DNA from: a virus
Length of the DNA: 64,000 nucleotides
Virus record (IMG/VR): IMGVR_UViG_3300024221_000009
Coordinates: 27,387-91,386 of that record
Reading direction: 5' to 3' (one strand)
Part shown: positions 59,646 to 64,000 of the stretch, piece after piece
Layout of the letters: the number at the start of each line of letters is the position of its first letter
Numbering within the stretch: position 1 is the first letter of the stretch
Notes under the pieces: model-generated
Told to the model about the DNA's origin: nothing
The model's input: the letters and a program-made list of their open reading frames with translations, nothing else
Database searches by the model: none
Made by a program: the position numbers and the translations under genes

Positions 59646-60222
59646 AAAACAAATAAGAGAATTAACAAAAAGCGCTGGTAGTAAAAGAGCTGCCAGAAAG
59701 GCTGCTGAGAAATGGTTTAATGATGGTGTTAGTAATAAAAGTGTAAAAGAAGCAGCTTATGTTAGAAATAGATTTGAACCTGGAAAAATATACATATTTG
59801 AATATGACCCTATTACACCAGATCTCGAATTTTTCGACAAAAACCCAGTAGTACTCGCTTTAGAACAATTAGATAATAACAACGATTTAGGAGTTAATTT
59901 AAATTTATTACCAATTAGAGTTAAAGAAGATTTATTAGATGATCTATATAGCAGGGTACAAGGTCAAATAAAAAGTAATTCAACAGGTGTAAAATATTAT
60001 AACGCAAAAACACAAGGAGGATTAAGAATAACGTACGACGGTATGAAATCGTATTTACAAAGATCCGGATGTGATTTTGCAATCAGACAATATAAACCAA
60101 GTAGAAAACAAAAACAAGCAGTTGTTAGTTATTCTAAATGGCCAGAGATAGCACTATGTGATTTTATTGATTTAAATGGTGTTACAATGAAACAAATTAG
60201 AAGATTGTTTTCTAAGAAATAA
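59632..60222 (+). CDS. DNA end protector (gp2-like)
   Basis: PGKIYIFEYDP, FDKNP.V, GVNLNLLP and IRQY motifs. Confidence 0.8.
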   Translation: MGYVKKQIRELTKSAGSKRAARKAAEKWFNDGVSNKSVKEAAYVRNRFEPGKIYIFEYDPITPDLEFFDKNPVVLALEQLDNNNDLGVNLNLLPIRVKEDLLDDLYSRVQGQIKSNSTGVKYYNAKTQGGLRITYDGMKSYLQRSGCDFAIRQYKPSRKQKQAVVSYSKWPEIALCDFIDLNGVTMKQIRRLFSKK

Positions 60223-60259
60223 AAAAAGAATATATAAACAAAATTAATATTATATTATA

Positions 60260-61855
60260 ATGGCAGGATTCGTAGATAGAAATGGACCATTAAGCTACAA
60301 CAAGAAATCATTTACACTGAGAGATCAGCTAAAAAAGCTAAGCTCTTTTGGTATGTATTATGATGATTTAGTACTTAGGCAATCACAGGCAATAGGTCCG
60401 ATTGAAGACGCAATAGGTTTTGGTCAAATAAACCAAATGGGAGTAGACTCAGATGATATGTATGGAGCGTTTGCAGCTCTTTCAATGTCTGATACAACAA
60501 TGCGTAAGAATATACCGTTCTTCGATCAAAATTACGAAAGTAAGCGTAATGAATTAAGAGCATTTTCAACGTATGATGAAATCGAAGATATTTTAGATAT
60601 TCTTTGTGATGAATCAGTTGTTTATGATAATAAAAACTTTTTTGCAACTCCTGAACTTATAGGAATGGATGTTAGTGAAGAAGTTGAAAAATATTTACAA
60701 AAAGCATATCGAGATATTTATCAATATTTTGGATTTAATCAAGACCAATCGGCATGGTACTTTTATAGAAAGTTCTTAGTTGATGGTTATCTTTCTTTTG
60801 AAATAGTTTATAACCCTGAGCAAACTCAAATTATTGGATTTAAAGAAATTGATCCTATAACATTAATTCCAGGATATAATAAAACGGATGGTAAGAAAGT
60901 ATGGACTCAATTTAAAGACGATCCAGTTAAAGAGAGAGTTCTATATGACTCTCAGATCATTTATATTTCTTATTCATCAATTACCACAGCCTCGAGAGTA
61001 AGTTACTTAGAGAGACTTATAAGGTCATTTAATTTAATGAGAATTATGGAACACACTAGAGTAATCTGGGCTGTTACTAATTCTTCTTATAGAATGAAAT
61101 TTATAATCCCAGTTGGTGGTAAATCTAAAACAAGAGCAAAACAATCACTTGCTCAGTTAATGAATAACTATAAAGAAGTTGTAGATTTTGATTGGGAATC
61201 TGGAAGTATGCATACTGACGGTAAACCAATGTTACAATTTAATAAAGAATATTGGTTACCTTCGAAAGATGGAGAACAGCCGGAGATTGAAACACTAGGA
61301 GGAGAAGGTCCTGAATTATCAGATACAGAGGCTCTTAAATATTTCTCAGATAAATTAAAAATGGTTTCTAAAATACCATTTAATAGATTCATGTATGAAG
61401 ATGGTGGTGGAGATTTCAATTTAGCTGCCGATGGTATGATTAGAGATGAGATCAAGTTTGGTAAATTTATTAAACGTTTAAGATCTACATTCCAAGAAAT
61501 TTTAGTTAAACCATTATACATTCAAATGTGTTTAAAATTTCCTGAATTTGAAAATGATGCATCGTTTAAAACACAAATATCTCTACAATTCCTTGAAGAG
61601 AATATGTTTGCTGAATTAAAACAAATGGAAATCATGGAACGTAGAGTAGAATTTATTAGTTCTGTAAAAGATTCTCTAGTTGAAACAAACCCAGAAACAA
61701 TGGAAGAAGATTACTACTTTGATTCAGACTTCTTAGTTGATAGATATTTAAAACTAAGTCCAGATGATAAAGCAGCTAATGCAGCTTATAAAGCAAGAAA
61801 GGCTGCTAAAGATGCAGAAGAACCTGAAGTTGACCCAATGGACGCTGGAATGTAA
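60260..61855 (+). CDS. Portal protein (gp20-like)
   Basis: FLVDG, SYLER, LMRIME, YWLP..DG..EIETL.G and F.KFI.RLR..F motifs. Confidence 0.92.
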   Translation: MAGFVDRNGPLSYNKKSFTLRDQLKKLSSFGMYYDDLVLRQSQAIGPIEDAIGFGQINQMGVDSDDMYGAFAALSMSDTTMRKNIPFFDQNYESKRNELRAFSTYDEIEDILDILCDESVVYDNKNFFATPELIGMDVSEEVEKYLQKAYRDIYQYFGFNQDQSAWYFYRKFLVDGYLSFEIVYNPEQTQIIGFKEIDPITLIPGYNKTDGKKVWTQFKDDPVKERVLYDSQIIYISYSSITTASRVSYLERLIRSFNLMRIMEHTRVIWAVTNSSYRMKFIIPVGGKSKTRAKQSLAQLMNNYKEVVDFDWESGSMHTDGKPMLQFNKEYWLPSKDGEQPEIETLGGEGPELSDTEALKYFSDKLKMVSKIPFNRFMYEDGGGDFNLAADGMIRDEIKFGKFIKRLRSTFQEILVKPLYIQMCLKFPEFENDASFKTQISLQFLEENMFAELKQMEIMERRVEFISSVKDSLVETNPETMEEDYYFDSDFLVDRYLKLSPDDKAANAAYKARKAAKDAEEPEVDPMDAGM

Positions 61856-61886
61856 AGAGGATATATAATAAAAATAAATTAATAAA

Positions 61887-62228
61887 ATGAAAAAAGTAAG
61901 ATTATACGAAGATTTTATAGCCGAAGACGCAAAAACGGTTACACCTGATTCTGATATTAAAATTGATGATTTTTCAACAGACGATGGGATTGAACTTAAA
62001 TCTCAAGAAATTATCGGAGCAATAGTTAGTTCTGAGACTGAAAAGGAATTTAAAGAATATTTTTTCGATCAGTATGGTAATACAGCTTTTACTGAAGCAG
62101 ATATGCAAAATTTAGTTGTAATGTATAACGAATATTTAGAAGAAATTACAGCGAAAGAAACTGAAGAGGAAGAAGAAGAGAAAAAAGAAGAAGAAGGTGG
62201 AGAGGAAGATCCTTTAGCAGATATTTAA
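61887..62228 (+). CDS. Acidic prohead core protein (gp67/68-like position) with CTS
   Basis: MKKVRLYEDFIAE|D and a Glu-rich tail. Lies between portal and protease. Confidence 0.6.
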   Translation: MKKVRLYEDFIAEDAKTVTPDSDIKIDDFSTDDGIELKSQEIIGAIVSSETEKEFKEYFFDQYGNTAFTEADMQNLVVMYNEYLEEITAKETEEEEEEKKEEEGGEEDPLADI

Positions 62229-62265
62229 AAAAATTAATTTTTTAAAAATCACACTTTTTAATAAA

Positions 62266-62273
62266 GATATATA
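62266..62273 (+). promoter_or_regulatory. Late promoter GATATATA (representative copy)
   Basis: RATATATA also precedes genes at 2420, 8773, 13218, 15857, 21614, 27248, 33274, 40491, 44182, 47236, 56712, 60229 and 61860. Analogous to T4 TATAAATA. Confidence 0.65.
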
Positions 62274-62297
62274 ATACAAATATAATAAAATAATAAA

Positions 62298-64000
62298 ATG
62301 AGCAAAACTGACTTATTAATCTTAGAAAGATCTGCTTCGGGTTTAGAATTTAAAGAAGAAAACGGAGTATATGTATTAGAAGGAGTTTTTGGCGAATTAG
62401 ATACGAAGAATAGAAACAACCGTATTTACACTGCTGAAGAGTATCTACCACAGATCGAATCATTACAAGATAAAATCAAAGCATCTAAACTTTTAGGTGA
62501 ATTAGATCATCCACAAAATTTTGACGTTTCTTTAAAGAATGTATCACACATTATTGAAGAAATAACATACGATGAAGCAAATAAGCAAATTAAAGGACGT
62601 ATTAGATTATTAGATACTGACGCTGGTCGTCAAGCTAAAGCACTTGTTGATGCTGGAGTACCACTTCAAATTTCTTCAAGAGCCGCTGGTGCTGTAGAAT
62701 CTAATGGTAAAGTAAAGATCAAACAACTATTCACTTATGATTTAGTTGCAGATCCTGGATTTGAAAACGCAGAATTAAAGAGAGTTAACGAATCTTTTGG
62801 ATTTGAAAACAACTCTGATATTTTAATCTATGAAATCGGTGGAAGCTCAAATTTAAACGAAGAAACAACAAAAATCGAAAATAAACAAACAGAAACAATG
62901 GCAGAATCTAAATTTATCACTGTTGAAGATTTTAATAAATACTCACAATATCTTTCTGAAGAAATGAAAAGTATTAAAGAATCTATGGCAGCTGCTAAAG
63001 AAAATGGCAATGATACAGAAATAGAAAATCTAAAAGAATATGCTGGATATTTAGCAGAAAAATTAGATCAGTCTATTAATACAGCCGAAGAATTAGCAAC
63101 AAAAACGGATCAATCAATCCAATACACAGAAAGTATTGCAGAAAAATTAGATCAATCAATTCAATACTCTGAGCATATCGCTGAAGGTGTTGATTCAATT
63201 AAAGAGTACACTAACTACTTAGCAGAATCTTATAACGAAGGAGCAACAACTCACGAAGGTTTATTAAAGTATATCGACTATTTAAAAGAAAACTTAGAAA
63301 AAGTTACAGAATACGCAGAATACGTTGCTGAAACTGTAAATACCAATTTAATTTTAGAAGATGAAGCTGGTAAAGAAGTTGAAGAAATCGAAGATGAAAA
63401 CGATGCAAAGGATGTTACTGAACCTACAGTTGATGCTGAAGAAAATGAATTAGAACATGGAGCTGAAGTTAAAGATGTTGAAAAAGATCTAGAACTTGAA
63501 GGTGAAGGAGACGCTGAAGGAGAGGAAATCTCAGAAGAAGCTGAAGCTGGTAAAGAAGTTGAAGAAATCGAAGACGAAAACGACGCTAAAGAAGTAGCAA
63601 ACGACGTTGAAGAGCCAGAAAACGTAGAAGCTGATTTAGAGCTTGACGGTGAAGGAGATGCTGAAGGAGAAGAAATCTCAGAAGAAACTGAAGCAGTTGA
63701 AGAAACTGAAGCAGTTGAAGAAACTGAAGAAGTTGAAGAAACTAAAGCAGTTGAAGAAACTGAAGAAGTTGAAGAAACTGAAGAAGTTGAAGAAACTAAA
63801 GCGGTTGAAGAAACTGAAGAGGTAGAAGCAGTTGAAGAAACTGAAGAAGAAGATCAAGAATTCCATGAATCTACAGAAACTGAAGCAGTTAAAGAGGAAG
63901 AAGTTGAAGAGACTGAAGAAGTTGAAGAATCTAACGAGCTTCAAACTTACAAAAATGAAATAACTGAAAAGTTACAATCTTTAATTAATAAAACAACTGA
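62298..64000 (+). CDS. Prohead protease (gp21-like) fused to an acidic scaffold (gp22-like); 3'-truncated and missing from the ORF track
   Basis: Manual translation from ATG 62298: NRNNRIY, GELDHP, VSH, ISSRAAG, YDLVADPGF. The frame stays open through Glu-rich repeats to the window end. Confidence 0.88.
   Translation, partial: MSKTDLLILERSASGLEFKEENGVYVLEGVFGELDTKNRNNRIYTAEEYLPQIESLQDKIKASKLLGELDHPQNFDVSLKNVSHIIEEITYDEANKQIKGRIRLLDTDAGRQAKALVDAGVPLQISSRAAGAVESNGKVKIKQLFTYDLVADPGFENAELKRVNESFGFENNSDILIYEIGGSSNLNEETTKIENKQTETMAESKFITVEDFNKYSQYLSEEMKSIKESMAAAKENGNDTEIENLKEYAGYLAEKLDQSINTAEELATKTDQSIQYTESIAEKLDQSIQYSEHIAEGVDSIKEYTNYLAESYNEGATTHEGLLKYIDYLKENLEKVTEYAEYVAETVNTNLILEDEAGKEVEEIEDENDAKDVTEPTVDAEENELEHGAEVKDVEKDLELEGEGDAEGEEISEEAEAGKEVEEIEDENDAKEVANDVEEPENVEADLELDGEGDAEGEEISEETEAVEETEAVEETEEVEETKAVEETEEVEETEEVEETKAVEETEEVEAVEETEEEDQEFHESTETEAVKEEEVEETEEVEESNELQTYKNEITEKLQSLINKTT
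63363..63930 (+). repeat. Coding repeats in the scaffold: a 180-bp-period duplication plus 18-bp tandem repeats
   Basis: EAGKEVEEIEDENDAK starts at both 63363 and 63543. GAAGAAACTGAAG(C/A)AGTT (EETEAV/EETEEV) tandem units run from about 63681. Confidence 0.85.

Noticed and set aside
63643-63944. ORFs with KKLKQL or FFNFFS repeats
   Set aside because: These are alternative-frame readings of the scaffold's 18-bp tandem repeat.
1-64000. Alternative genetic code (stop-codon reassignment)
   Set aside because: Core genes are full length and densely packed under the standard code.

Overview
This is a 64-kb, strongly AT-rich segment of a large T4-like (myovirus, probably jumbo) phage genome. All credible genes are on the + strand. 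The host is probably a Bacteroidota (Flavobacteria-like) bacterium, inferred from A-rich starts without Shine-Dalgarno motifs, TAnnTT(A/T)G-type promoters and the look of MgsA and NrdAB. Gene order: baseplate/tail module with two collagen-containing fibres and a spanin-like protein (1-21.6 kb); RuvC-like resolvase, gp32, primase, UvsY and UvsW (22-27.3 kb); a roughly 10-kb locus of predicted capsid-packaged cargo (27.3-37 kb); a metabolic and DNA-modification block with mgsA, a cytidylyltransferase, rfbB, a T4-type beta-glucosyltransferase and a gp56 dCTPase (37-42.7 kb); a DNA polymerase split into two genes around nrdB, nrdA and a probable clamp (42.7-49.8 kb); UvsX, gp41, gp47, gp46, gp15, gp55, gp4, gp2, portal, and a prohead protease-scaffold fusion that runs off the right end. 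The most notable signal is a set of three polyproteins made of small unrelated modules joined by conserved E-S-x-V-(T/N)-E linkers. The linkers resemble prohead-protease sites and are also near-identical 24-bp DNA repeats. About ten proteins carry T4-like capsid-targeting motifs. Together these suggest a modular, virion-delivered effector array. Three promoter classes can also be read from the sequence. All family assignments come from motif recognition by eye; no searches were run.
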